Notes under the pieces: generated by a model | Database searches by the model: none | Told to the model about the DNA's origin: nothing | What the model saw: the letters and a program-made list of their open reading frames with translations, nothing else | Made by a program: the position numbers and the translations under genes | Source: Felis catus | Taxonomy: Eukaryota | DNA: 64,000 bases | Assembly: GCF_018350175.1 (NCBI RefSeq) | Contig: NC_058368.1 | Span: 195,240,001 to 195,304,000 of the forward strand | Reading direction: 5' to 3' | Part shown: positions 12,913 through 25,900 of the stretch, one piece after another | Position numbering within the stretch: position 1 is the first letter of the stretch | Layout: every line of letters begins with the position of its first letter

Positions 12913-13914
12913 GTGAGTGGTGTGTGTGTGTGTGGGGGGGGGGGGGGTGGAGGCCGCAGAGCAGGGAGTGTCATAACCGGTTAGGGATTTTCTTTGAGGA
13001 TACAAGAGAAGGGAGACAGCCCTCAGGCATGGTGGAGGTGCTATTCCCTTCCCTGGCTTTCTCCCAGAGAAATGGGAGCCCCAGCGTCAGCCAAAGGATC
13101 AGAATTCTGGGCGTTTCTTTTTGAAGGCAATAGGGTCCTTGCCTGGGAAACCTGATCTGTTCTTAGAGATAAGGATTTTGGTGAGAGTAGCACAGGCTTT
13201 GGAATCAAAGTAAGCCTAGGTTCCAATTCTAGCTCTGCCATTTTGCACCTGCCCAAAGCCAAGCCACTTAACCTCTCTGAGCCTTTGTTTTAGCATCTAT
13301 GAAATGCGGATAAGAACAGTTTCCTTGTAGGGAGCCAATATAGCAAGCGGTTGGGATATGGCCTCTCCTGTCCGACAGCCTGACTCCAAACCCCAGCCTC
13401 ATTGCTGGTGAGGCAGATGATCCCGGGCGGCCAAGTTCCCTGTGCTGAGCCCATTTGCTCCTGCAAAGGGAGATGTAACAGGACCTCTCAGGGCTGTCAT
13501 GAGGATTAAATCAGATATTGCACTCAGAGCAGGGCCTGATCCTAGTGAGAGCTCCGTAAATTCTCGTCTAATTTATGGTTTTGGTTGTTAAGAAGGGCCC
13601 GTGTGTGCCAAGCCCAGCTCTAGAACCAGCACACAGTAAGCCTTCCGTTAAGAGGGGCTTTGATTATTTTTTCACTACGCGTGAAGTTCTCGAGCAGGTC
13701 ACCTGTTTCGTGCCCACTGCACCTGCAGCAACCAGTGTGGTACCTGTTGACATCAGGGCTTCCTGCTGTGTGTGTGGAATGAATGGACGAATGGACGGGA
13801 GGCCGGCTCCAGCAGTCACAGGATGCTCTGCCTCTCGCCTGGCCACCTGGGTCTTCTTATTTCTTGCCCAGCCCTGCAGACAAGGCCTCAATTTCAGTTT
13901 TGGCTTCTTTTCAG

Positions 13915-14125
13915 ATCAAAGCAACAGACAGTGGACAGCCACCACTCTCAGCCAGTGTCCGGCTGCACATCGAGTGGATCCCCCAGCCCCGGCCCTCCTC
14001 CATACCACTGGCCTTTGACGAGGCCCACTACAGCTTTACGGTCATGGAGACGGACCCCGTGAACCACATGGTGGGGGTCATCAGTGTGGAGGGCCGACCC
14101 GGTCTCTTCTGGTTCAACATCTCCG
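13915..14125 (+). CDS. FAT2: FAT2 coding exon 5
   Basis: ttcag|ATCAAA ... CTCCG|gtgagg; 211 nt; [10 protein letters not shown]...FNIS. Confidence 0.96.
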
Positions 14126-14752
14126 GTGAGGACCCTAGGAGGGTCAGCCCCTTCCATCCTTATAGCCCAGGCGTGGTCTTCACAGCACGGTCCTTCTGAG
14201 CGCGCTCACTCAGGTCATGCTCCCTGGAAGCCCCTCCTTTGTCTGTGAGTGGTGACTGTCTCTGCCCTTGTTCTCTGGGGCAGCTGGTGAGGAGAAGCAC
14301 CACTCCTGCCAATCTTTCCTTCCGCACCAGCTGTGATCTCAGGTCGAGCCTCCATGGCCTCACTGGTACCCCAGCCAGAGTGGGACAGTCCCCCAGTTAC
14401 TCCAAGTGCCTAGGAGAGTCAGAGGAGAAAGCACAAGTTTTGTGTTTCCTCTTCTGCCTCAGTGTGAGATCCCTGCAGAGCTGATATCGTGGACCATGGC
14501 TTGAGGACCGCTGTCCCTGGGGCCATGCTTCATGTTCTAATCCCAGGTTCCGTCCTCATGATCAGGGGAAAGGGTCCATTCTCTTTGTAGGAGACACTTG
14601 GGTCCAAGCTCTCATGGTCTTCTCTGAAATTTCTTTTGTCTCTAAACCAAGATTTTGTTAAAATATCTGGGGGGAGGGGAGCATAGACCCCTCTGAGAAT
14701 CTGATGAATCCTTTGGGAATCTAATGAATGCTTAGGCTCTCTTCCCAGAAAG

Positions 14753-14773
14753 GTGTGCACATGTGCACGTGCG

Positions 14774-14812
<39 letters not shown>
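14753..14812. repeat. (CA)n with GC/GT alternating extension
   Basis: gtgtgcacatgtgcacgtgcgtgcgcgc followed by (ac)n. Confidence 0.9.
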
Positions 14813-14815
<3 letters not shown>

Positions 14816-15364
14816 AATACAAATATAGGGATTTATAGATCCCTTGAAATGCAGCCAGGGATTCCAGGTTAAGAATATCTAAGAGTTTCAGTACCACATG
14901 AACTTTGGGGTCCAATTAGAGAGATTCTGTCTAGTTCAGAGATTGGATGCACACCTGTCCCAAGATTTTTGACTTTCAATTCTGACTAACTGTTCCTCTT
15001 GTTTGGCTTTTCTTTTTCTTTGGCACAAATTAACACATGTACTCTGTAGAACATTTAGAGGACACAAATAAATGCAGAGAGGATGATAAAATCACCAAAG
15101 CCCCCACCAATCAGAAGATAATCCACTGTTAAAATGTTGCTGTCTTTCCTTTTTGTGGTTTTTCTTTACACACACACACACACACACACACTTAGGGTTA
15201 TATTAAAATGTTGTTTTATAACCTTTTAAAATATAACATGAACATATTTCCATGCCACTAAACAGATTTCTGTTGAGTAAACAATTAAATAGCTGCATGC
15301 TAATTCTACATTTTAGATTTTTACAGTTTATTGCATCAATTTCCTCTTGAACAGAGTTATTTTC

Positions 15365-15593
15365 TTTTTTTTTAAATTTTTTTAATGTTTATTTATTTTT
15401 GAGAGAGAGAGAGAGAGAGACAGAGTGTGAGCAGGGGAGGGGCAGAGAGCGAGAGGGAGACACAGGATCTGAAGCAGGCTCCCGGCTCTGAGCTGTCAGC
15501 ACAGAGCCGGACCCAGGGCTCTAACCTATGAACCGTGAGATCATGACCCGAGCCAAAGTCGGGTGCTTAAACGACTGAGCCACCCAGGCACCC
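15365..15593 (-). mobile_element. CAN-SINE
   Basis: Perfect 17-bp TSD tgaacagagttattttc at 15348-15364 and 15594-15610. Confidence 0.93.
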
Positions 15594-15930
15594 TGAACAG
15601 AGTTATTTTCATTTTTCTCCTGCACATAGGCACCTTTAGGCTATGCAAACTGTCCTGTAGGCCACGGGGTGGAGCTCCATTACTCCTGTGTTTACCATCC
15701 TGGTAGCAGAACACGTTCTACGGCAAACGTTGGTCTTCCTCCGCCACTCTTCAGGCCTTATAAGTGTACCTTTTTCTGTATCACCGCTCAGATCTTGATA
15801 ATAATTTGACAAGAACTTGACAGGATCCACGGCCCCTTCCTCTAAACGTGCCAGACAGACCCCGTTGCTCTCCTACTGTCTCCATCACTGAGGCTGTGTG
15901 TGCTCCTCCCCCTCCCCACCCCCACTCCAG

Positions 15931-16070
15931 GTGGTGACCAGGACATGGACTTTGACATTGAGAAGACCACAGGAAGCATTGTCATCGCTAGGCCTCTCGA
16001 CACAAGGAGGAGGTCGAGCTATAACTTGACCGTGGAGGTGACCGATGGGTCCCACACCATTGCCACTCAG
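15931..16070 (+). CDS. FAT2: FAT2 coding exon 6
   Basis: ccag|GTGGTG ... ACTCAG|gttaga; 140 nt; GGDQDMDF...IATQ. Confidence 0.95.
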
Positions 16071-16513
16071 GTTAGAGGCTTGACTGGGGACCCCCTGAGC
16101 TGAGAGGGGACGGGAGGCTTCCTTCATTGGGAAGAAGCTACACAAGGCTTTCAGTGGATGTGGTGTACTTCAGAAGACGCCGAATTTGGAATTAAGGTTC
16201 TGCCTTCCAGTCTTATCTGATAGATTTTCTACTTCTGTGCTCTTGGGAGAATTCTTGTTCCCACTGTGTAACGAAGGGCTTTGTCTCAATGAACAGTTTT
16301 CCATTAAGGATAAAGTTCCATAGAGGCTGTCGGGGGTATGAGGCATGCTGGTCAGTGGGGGCTCTAGATTTCTACGGTGGTTTCAGCCAGAGTTTTACCC
16401 GCTTCATATATTGGAATTTCATTAAAAAATTCACTTGAAGAAAGGTCCTTTTAACCGAAATTTTGTTTTTGAAAACCACTGGACTGCACATTATTTCAAA
16501 GCCTTGTGATTTT

Positions 16514-16734
16514 TTTTTAAATTTTTTTTTAACGTTTATTTATTTTTGGGACAGAGAGAGACAGAGCATGAACAGGGGAGGGGCAGAGAGAGAGGGAGAC
16601 ACAGAATCGGAAACAGGCTCCAGGCTCTGAGCCATCAGCCCAGAGGGCTGACGCGGGGCTCGAACTCACGGACCGCGAGATCGTGACCTGAGCTGAAGTC
16701 GGACGCTTAACCGACTGCACCACCCAGGCACCCC
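16514..16734 (-). mobile_element. Young SINEC_Fc-like copy
   Basis: TSD agccttgtgatttt on both sides. Confidence 0.93.
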
Positions 16735-16902
16735 AGAGCCTTGTGATTTTGAAATCGTATCGTTCATTCAACAAATATTTATCGAGTGGCTGCTGTGTGC
16801 CAGGCACTGTTCTAGGCACCGATGGTATGGCGAAGAACCAGACAGACAAGGTCACGGACCCCCTAGAGCTTACAGGCTACCTTTCCCTCTCATTCTCCCT
16901 AG

Positions 16903-17184
16903 GTCTACATCTTCATGATTGCCAATGTCAACCACCATCGGCCCCAGTTCCTGGAGGCTCATTATGAGGTCAGAGTTCCCCAGGACACACTGCCTGGGGT
17001 GGAGCTCCTCCGAGTTCAGGCCACGGATCCAGACAAGGGCAAAGGCCTCATCTACACCATACATGGCAGCCAAGACCCAGCAAGTGCCAGCCTCTTCCAG
17101 CTGGACCCAAGCAGTGGTGTCTTGGTAACCGTGGGGAAGTTGGACCTTGGCTTGGGCCCCTCCCAGCACACGCTGACAGTTATG
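16903..17184 (+). CDS. FAT2: FAT2 coding exon 7
   Basis: ctag|GTCTAC ... GTTATG|gtgagt; 282 nt; [12 protein letters not shown]...LTVM. Confidence 0.96.
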
Positions 17185-18119
17185 GTGAGTAAGCCGAAAA
17201 ACCAGGAAAGATGCACTTGCATGTGGATATGTGGGGGTGGGCACCCTTGGAGGCACGCTGAAGGTCCCCTCTTCCCTGATAAGACAGGTACGCCGATGCT
17301 CATGACGACGCATGACATGAGATGTGATACTTCCCAGCCTGCCAGAGGCACCTTCCATAAGGGGTGCCTGAGAGTAAAGAAAGAGATTACAGAGCTGCCA
17401 AGGAAACTCCTACAACCTGGGCTTTCTCTGGGCTCAGTCCACACACCCCCCAACAGCTCTCTCCCTGCTCCATGACCTCATGGCGACAATGCAGACTGCC
17501 ACAGTGTCAGAGCTGGGGAGGACCCAGAGACCCTCCTGCCTAGAGCAAGCACTAGGGTGAGCAAGAGAGGCGTTGGCAGGGCACAAAAAACTAAGAAGGA
17601 CTCACTTTCAGGGTTCTGTGCCCGCACCTTATGACTCTGAGAGTGAGACTCCTTAAATCTACACCCTACGTGCCTCAAGTGCCACACTCTAGTCCCAGCC
17701 TGGATCCTACCCATTTCTCTCCTCTTACACCACAGGCCCACAGGGGCTTACTCACCATCATACAGTTCTTTATGATGGAACCAGAATCAAATCCAGCCTT
17801 CCTGACTCAAGGAGCAGGATTTTATATGCTAGGTTATCATCCTCTGGGCACATTAATATATATTAAAGGCTCTGCAAAGTCCTGCAACAAAGAAAACTTT
17901 AACATCATTTAATTCCGCGCCCCCTAAATTTAGTTGACCATAGAATTTTTTCCCCTGCGTAACATGTTAACATCTTGAAGAAATATCATCTGAGACCTCA
18001 GTTGAAAAATACGGTTTCTGTAATTCTTTCTGTCTTTCTCCTAAAATGGGACAGTCCATGAATACAGCTAAGCCTAATAATCACTAATTTATAAGTTAAT
18101 TTAAAAAGAAAAAAGAGCA

Positions 18120-18347
18120 GGGGCGCCTGGGTGGCTCAGTCAGTTAAGCGTCCGACTTCAGCTCAGGTCATGATTTCATAGTTGGTGGGTTCAAGCCCCG
18201 TGTCAGGCTCTGTGCTGACAGCTCCGAGCCTGGAGCCTGCTTCCGATTCTGTGTCTCCCTCTCTCTCTGCCCCTCCCCCACTCACACTCTGTCTCTCTGT
18301 GTCTGTCTCTCTCAAAAATAAAAATAAGCATTAAAACAATTTTTTTT
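18120..18347 (+). mobile_element. CAN-SINE
   Basis: ggggcgcctgggtggctcag head, (CT)n tract, A tail, TSD aagaaaaaagagca. Confidence 0.92.
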
Positions 18348-18502
18348 GAAGAAAAAAGAGCATAAAAGAGAGCAAAATTTAAAGCAACACAGAGTTACAG
18401 TTGGGTGTATCTTTCACTGGCATTGTATTTCATTGACCTTCATGTAACCCTGCCGCCTCCCATTCCGTTTGCTGCTCACGGCATTCTCCCCTGGGCCCGT
18501 AG

Positions 18503-18713
18503 GTCCGAGACCAGGAGATGCCCATCAAGAGGAACTTTGTGTGGGTGTCTATTCACGTGGAGGCTGGAAACCTCCACCCACCCCACTTCACCCAGCTCTA
18601 CTATGAGGCGAGTGTTCCTGACACCACGGCCCCTGGCACAGAGCTGCTCCAGGTCCGAGCCATGGACGGTGACCGGGGAGCCAATGCCGAGGTCCGCTAC
18701 TCCTTCCTGAAAG
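18503..18713 (+). CDS. FAT2: FAT2 coding exon 8
   Basis: gtag|GTCCGA ... GAAAG|gtgaga; 211 nt; [11 protein letters not shown]...SFLK. Confidence 0.96.
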
Positions 18714-19875
18714 GTGAGAGGCTGGCCATGAGTCCAGAGCATGAGGGAAGAGTCTTTGGCAATAAGAAAAACCACCGGAGGCATGAATTTGCAAGTGAAT
18801 CAGATGCCAGGCTCTCTAACCTTTGGCAAATACCATTTCTAGAGCATTCTCTGGGATTATAATAACCTAAATTAATCCACTTCCAGAGATGGTAAGAATA
18901 ATAACAAAGGGCCTACTTAAGTTATGGGAGAATTTATAGACATATTATATAAATTCAGCAACAATGTATATATAAAGGATGCTTATGGAGTCCATGTAAC
19001 ATCTTTGTAATATCTTTGTGCCTTTACAATAGAAGTGACCTATAAATACTTTGTAATATGTATGGCACAGTTTTAGGAGTTACATTTAGGAGTAACATTT
19101 TCTGTTAAGGCCGTATCATTGTTTCATATCTATTATATGGTTTTCTTCCTCTCAACATTGGGAATGATGTCCCCTGTACCAGAAAGTCTTTGTAAAGAGA
19201 AAAAGAGAAAATGTGCATTAATACATATTGTAAACTGTCACATATTATACAAATGCCAGGGGTTATTGCTATCATTGATACATGTTAATTATAAATAATT
19301 AAAGAAACAAAAATGATAATATCTAGTATCCAAATATAATCATTAATGATAATTTTTAATGTTTGATAATTCTTAATGATCTTTAATAAAAGTAAAACTC
19401 AGCGAGCTAGATGTTACAAAGGGACTCATAGAGCATAATGTTCATTTACTGCCTATACACTTTCTAGAAATCAGAGCTTTTACATTTTTTTTTTTTTAAG
19501 AAACAGAAACTCTTTTACCTTGCCAGGTGGCAGAAGTCTATATATACATCACTGAAGAATGATAATACAAATTCTAACCCATTAATTGCTTACTTTTTGT
19601 GATTTATGAAGCATAATCACACCTTTAGCTCATTTTATCTTTTTCACAACCCCATTGATGGAGGTACTAATTTTATTTTATAGATAGATTAAGACTTGTT
19701 CTAAAATATCCTTCTGATTATAGAAGTCACACATGCTCATTTTTTAAAACATGGGAGAAGCAGGAATAAAGAAGAAAATAGCACTCTGCCATAGTTTTCA
19801 CCAGACAAAATAATTTTGTGTATTTCCCTCTTATCTTTTCCTATGCATATTTTTGCAGTAGTAAGATTGGGTGTG

Positions 19876-20088
19876 GGGGGGCTTGGATGGCTCAGTCAGA
19901 TAAGTGTCTACTTTTGATTTTGGCTCAGGTCATGATCTCATGGTTTGTGAGTTCGAGCCCCATCTCTACCTCTGCGCTGACAGTGCGGAGCCTGCTTGGG
20001 ATTCTCTGTCTTCCTCTCTCTCCCCCTTCCCTGCGTGTGTGCATGCATGTGGACTCCCTCTCTCTTTCTCAAAAATAAACATTTAAAA
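19876..20088 (+). mobile_element. CAN-SINE (older type)
   Basis: Head ggggcttggatggctcagtc, cctgcttgggattctc, degenerate TSD aagattg. Confidence 0.85.
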
Positions 20089-20507
20089 GCAAAGATTGAA
20101 GTGAATATACAATTTTGTGCCCCAGTTTTTTTCTCTCAGAAGCATAACATAAAAAAGTATAATTATGCCCAGGTAGTTTACTTGGCTACTTTTAATAGAA
20201 CTACTTTTCAACTGTAGTCTACTTACCAAAACTGTTTTTGGTGAAACAGGGTCTGTATCACAGGGCAAATTGGGAAATCACCTCACTAGTCAGCTGGAGA
20301 ATAGCTTCCGTGAGTGGGAGACTCAGATGGAATGTTTTGTGATGAAGCCTGGCTATTTGGTTACTGTTGAAATAATAAAATATGCACCTGTGTGATAAAC
20401 AGAACAAGAATAGTAAAGTATAGGTCTTCCCTGAGTGAAGACCTATACCCCTGGAGGTGAGCAAAATTGTTCAGGTGTTACTCAGTGATGGCATTAAAGA
20501 GGCAATC

Positions 20508-20808
20508 TTCTCATCACAAGAAAAAAATTGTGACTGTGTGAGATGATAGATGTTAGCCAAACCTATTCTGGCAATCCTTTCGCAATACAAAGGTACATCA
20601 GATCATTATGTTGTATACCTTAAATCGGTACAACATTATATGTCGATTACATCTCAATAAAACTAGGGAGAGGGAAGTATCCGTTACACAAGTTGAAATT
20701 CTGGAGATCTGCTATGTGACATGGTGCTTTTAGTTAACAATACTGTGCTATATACCCTTAAACATTTGCTAAGAGGTAGATCTCATGTTATCTGTTCTTA
20801 CCATAAAT
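20508..20808 (+). mobile_element. Two old L1M 3'-UTR fragments
   Basis: ttctcatcacaagaaaaaa...atctcaataaaactagg and ctggagatctg...agaggtagatctcatgtta...cttacca resemble L1MA/L1MB 3' ends. Confidence 0.65.
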
Positions 20809-20810
20809 GA

Positions 20811-20853
<43 letters not shown>
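20809..20853. repeat. (GAAA)n microsatellite
   Basis: About 11 perfect GAAA units. Confidence 0.9.
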
Positions 20854-20854
<1 letters not shown>

Positions 20855-21074
20855 GCAAGCAGGAGGGAGGAAGGGGTTGTTGTCTAAATAAAGTCAGATT
20901 TTAAAAACTGCAATAACTTTGAGACACTATTTTGGGGGGAAATATAATTAATTATATTTTCAACATTATTTTTTGGGAATCATAATGTTGTATAATCAGA
21001 ACTTTCCTCAAAACTTAAATTTGAAATGTTATTATGCCTTTATCAAAATAAATATTAAATTTTATTGTTTTTCA

Positions 21075-21282
21075 CAATTTTTTAATGTTTATTTTTGAGA
21101 GAGAGGAAGAGAGACAGAGCACAAGTGGGGGAGGTGCGGAGAGAGAGGGAGACACAGGATCTGAAGCAGGCTCCAGGCTCTGAGCTGTCAGCACAGAGCC
21201 CAAAGCGGGGCTCAAACTCATGAACCGTGAGATCATGACCTGAGCCGAAGTCAGATGCTTAACTGAGCCACCCAGAAGCCCC
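21075..21282 (-). mobile_element. CAN-SINE
   Basis: Reverse head ...gagccacccagaagcccc and T tail. Confidence 0.9.
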
Positions 21283-21300
21283 TACATATCAAATTTTAAA

Positions 21301-21512
21301 TTTTTTTTTCAACGTTTATTTATTTTTGGGACAGAGAGAGACAGAGCCTGAACGGGGGAGGGGCAGAGAGAGAGGGAGACACAGAATCAGAAGCAGGCTC
21401 CAGGCCCCGAGCCATCAGCCCAGAGCCTGACACGGGGCTCAAACTCGCAGACCACGAGATCGTGACCCGGCTGAAGTCGGACGCTTAACCGACTGCGCCA
21501 CCCAGGCGCCCC
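21301..21512 (-). mobile_element. Young SINEC_Fc-like copy
   Basis: TSD caaattttaaa at 21290-21300 and 21514-21524. Confidence 0.92.
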
Positions 21513-21837
21513 ACAAATTTTAAAAGGCCTATAAAAGATAGGCAATCAGATATGGAGAAAATACTTCCCCTTGATTTTCACGGGGGCTTCCTGGTTAGTC
21601 AAGGACAAAGGCTTCACTGGGTACTCGAATCTCTCATTCTTCTCTAACACTTGCTACTCTTGGTTTTACAAAAGAAAGAGGATAGATCTCAGGCTCACAT
21701 CCTTTAGCAAGCAATAGGTTTTATCCAGATTTTACCCAGGTATTTTATCCAAATGTTTTTTTCCACTGACTTGTTTTTGTGGTAGCCTCTGATGTGTGGC
21801 AAGCAATAAGGATTTTCTTTTTTAAAGTAGTGATACA

Positions 21838-22061
21838 GGGGCACCTGGGTGGCGCAGTCGGTTAAGCGTCCGACTTCAGCCAGGTCACGATCTCGTGGTC
21901 CGGGAGTTCGAGCCCCGCGTCAGGCTCTGGGCTGATGGCTCAGAGCCTGGAGCCTGTTTCCGATTCTGTGTCTCCCTCTCTCTCTGCCCCTCCCCTGTTC
22001 ATGCTCTGTCTCTCTCTGTCCCAAAAATAAATAAACGTTGAAAAAAAAATTAAAAAAAAAA
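21838..22061 (+). mobile_element. Young SINEC_Fc-like copy
   Basis: Perfect 15-bp TSD taaagtagtgataca at 21823-21837 and 22062-22076. Confidence 0.94.
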
Positions 22062-22106
22062 TAAAGTAGTGATACAAAAGTTGCCTATTAAGTTATTTTA
22101 AATTTA

Positions 22107-22335
22107 GGGGCACCTGGGCAGCTTAGTCAGTTAAGCATCTGACTTTGGCTCAGGTCAGGACCTCATGGTTCATGAGTTCGGGCCTCACATCAGGCTCTGT
22201 TCTGACAGCTCAGAGCCTGGAGCTTGCTTCAGATTCTGTGTGTGTGTCTCTCTCTCTCTTTCTGCCCTTCCCCTGCTTGTACTCTGTCTCTCTCTGTCTC
22301 CCCCCAAAATGAATGAGCATTAAAAAAATTATTTT
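22107..22335 (+). mobile_element. CAN-SINE
   Basis: Head ggggcacctgggcagc; TSD taag(t/c)tattttaaatt. Confidence 0.9.
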
Positions 22336-22971
22336 TAAGCTATTTTAAATTAAAAAAACAAATCCGTTTAAAGGAAAATATGCACTCAATAATGGTATAA
22401 AATTGCGAAGGTGGTGGCTGGATATTGAAAAAACTATAAGGGCAATGTGAGAATGCTTGACATTTAGAAAATCCAGGGGTGGTGGAAAGGGTATTTGATC
22501 AGGAGCCTCCAGGTCTGTGTTCAGTCTCTCCCCACCCAACCTCCAAGCCCAACAAGGACCTTCCCACCATAGACTATGTGGGGAGCAGATAGGGTGGTTT
22601 TTAAAAGTCTCTCCTATAAAAGTCGCCACCGAAATACAGAGTGCAGTGTTCTTTTCCTACAAAGCGTTAAGTTTCTTTCTTCGCTTTCAAGACCTTCTAC
22701 AGCTTTGGTTTGTAGCTGAAGTTGTGACCCAAAGACTGAGTGATCATTGAAGCTGCCATTTATGGAGTAGCTACTATGTGCCTTGTGTAAGGTATTTTAT
22801 AAAATAGGTGTCTTCCCTATATACCATTTCATAACTAAATCCAGGATAGCACAGGATGTGGATTTTGTCCTGTCCACGTTTTGTGTGATAGCCTCATTAC
22901 TGATCTAGAAAGCCTACTTGGTATCTCTTGAACATGGGGTGAATTTCAGTTTGCCTTGTTTTTTGTTTCAG

Positions 22972-25900
22972 GGAACAGCGAGGGTTTCTTCAACATAAAT
23001 GCCCTGCTAGGCATCATCACTCTGGCCCAGAAACTCGATCAGGCAAATCATGCCCGGTATAGCCTGACAGTCAAGGCAGAAGATCAAGGCTCCCCACAGT
23101 GGCATGACCTGGCTACAGTGATCATTAATGTTTACCCATCAGATAGCAGTGCCCCTATCTTTTCCAAAGCCGAGTACTTTGTCGAGATCCCTGAATCAAT
23201 CCCTGTTGGTTCCCCAGTCCTCCTAGTGTCAGCGACAAGCTCCTCGGAAGTTACCTATGAGTTAAGAGAGGGAAACAAGGATGGTGTGTTCTCCATGAAT
23301 TCATATTCTGGCCTCATTTCCACCCAGAAGAACCTGGACCATGAGAAAATTTCATCTTACCAGCTGAAAATCCGAGGCATCAATATGGCAGGAGCATTTA
23401 CTGATGTTATGGCTCTTGTGTACATCATTGATGAAAATGACAATGCTCCCACGTTCTTCAAGTCCGTGTTTGTGGGCCAAATTAGTGAAGCAGCTCCATT
23501 GTACAGCATGATCGTGGACGAAAACAACAACCCCCTTGTGATTCGTGCCTCTGACCGTGATGAAGAAGCTAATTCCTTATTGGTCTATGAAATTCTGGAG
23601 CCAGAGGCTTTGAAGTTTTTCAAAATTGATCCCAGCATGGGAACCCTGATCATCATATCAGAGATGGATTACGAGAGCATGCCCTCTTTCCAATTCAGCG
23701 TCTACGTCCATGACCAAGGAAACCCCATCTTATTTGCACCCAGGCCTGTCCAGGTCACCATCAATGTCAAAGATGTAAATGACTCCCCTCCCAGGTTCTC
23801 AGATCAGGTATATGAAGTAGTGATAGTGAAGCCTATCCATCGGGGTATGGAGCTCCTAATCGTGCAGGCCAACGATGATGACTCGGAAGTCACTTACGGC
23901 ATCAAAACTGGCAATGCTGACGAAGCTGTTGCCATCCATCCCATCACAGGCCGTATATCTGTGTTGAACCCTGCTTTCCTGGGAGTCTCTCGGGAGCTCA
24001 CCATCAGGGCTTCTGATGGCCTATATCAAGATACTGCATTGGTAAAAATTTCTTTGGCACAGGCTCTTAACACAAGCTTGCAGTTTGATCAGGTCGTCTA
24101 TAAGGCAACAGTGAAGGAGAATTTACAGGATAGAAAGGCACTGGTGATTCTTGGTGCCCAGGGCAATCATTTGAATGACACGCTTTCCTACTTCCTACTG
24201 AATGGCACAGATATGTTTCGGATGGTCAGGTCAGCAGGTGTGTTGCAGACAAGAGGTGTGGCATTTGATCGAGAACAGCAGGACACTTATGCGGTAGCGG
24301 TGGAATTGAGGGACAACAGGACCCCTCAGCGGGTGGCTCAGGCTCTGGTCAGGGTCTCTATTGAGGATGTCAATGACAATCACCCTGAATTTAAGCATGC
24401 ACCTTATTACACAGTTATCCAAGATGGCACAGAACCAGGGGACGTTCTCTGTCAGGTATCTGCCACTGATCAGGACTTGGGGGTAAATGGTGCTGTCACA
24501 TATGCATTTGCAGAAGATTATGCATATTTTCGAATTGACCCCTATCTTGGGGACATATCACTGAAGAAACCCTTTGATTATCAAGCTTTAAATAAGTATC
24601 ACCTCAAAGTCATTGCTCGGGATGGAGGCACCCCAACCCTCCAGACTGAGGAAGAGGTACTTGTCACCGTGAGAAATAAATCCAACCCGCTGTTTCAGAC
24701 TCCTTACTACAAAGTGAGAGTGCCTGAAAATATCACACTCTATACCCCAATTCTCCACACCCAGGCCCGAAGTCCAGAGGGACTCCGACTCATCTACAAC
24801 ATCGTGGAGGAAGAGCCCTTGATGCTGTTCACCACTGACTTCAAGACTGGTGTTCTAACAGTAACAGGCCCTTTGGACTATGAGTCTAAGACCAAACACG
24901 TGTTCACAGTTAGAGCCACAGACACAGCTCTGGGGTCATTTTCTGAAGCCACAGTGGAAGTCCTGGTGGAGGACGTCAATGATAACCCTCCCACTTTCTC
25001 TCAATTGGTCTACACGACTTCAGTATCGGAAGGCTTGCCTGCCCAGACCCCTGTGATCCAACTGTTGGCTTCTGACCAGGATTCAGGGCAGAACCGTGAT
25101 GTCTCCTATCAGATTGTAGAGGATGGCTCAGATATTTCCAAATTCTTCCAGATCAATGGGAGCACAGGGGAGATGTCCACCGTTCAAGAGTTGGATTATG
25201 AAACTCAACAACACTTTCATGTGAAGGTCAGGGCCATGGATAGAGGAGATCCCCCACTCACTGGTGAAACCCTTGTGGTGGTTAATGTATCGGACATCAA
25301 TGATAACCCCCCAGAGTTCAGGCAACCTCAGTACGAAGCCAATGTCAGTGAGCTGGCAACATGTGGACACCTGGTTCTTAAAGTGCAAGCTCTTGACCCT
25401 GACAGCAGGGATACCTCCCGCCTGGAGTACCTGATTCTTTCTGGCAATCAGGACAGGCACTTCTCCATCAACAGCTCATCAGGAATAATTTCTATGTTCA
25501 ACCTTTGCAAAAAGCACCTGGACTCTTCTTACAATTTGAGGGTAGGTGCTTCTGATGGGGTCTTCCGAGCAACTGTGCCTGTGTATATCAACACTACAAA
25601 TGCCAACAAGTACAGCCCAGAGTTCCAGCAGCATGTTTATGAGGCAGAATTGGCAGAAAATGCAAAGGTGGGAACCAAGGTGATTGAGTTGCTAGCCATA
25701 GACAAAGATAGTGGTCCCTACGGCACTGTAGATTATACCATCATCAATAAACTAGCAGGTGAGAAGTTCTCCATAAACCCCAATGGCCAGATCACCACTC
25801 TGCAGAAACTGGATCGGGAAAATTCAACAGAAAGAGTTATTGCCATTAAAGTCATGGCTCAGGATGGAGGAGGAAGAGTGGCCTTCTGCACCGTGAAGAT

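Noticed and set aside
18120..18200. tRNA-like A/B boxes at SINE heads
   Set aside because: tRNA-derived SINE heads followed by a CT tract, A tail and TSD; not tRNA genes
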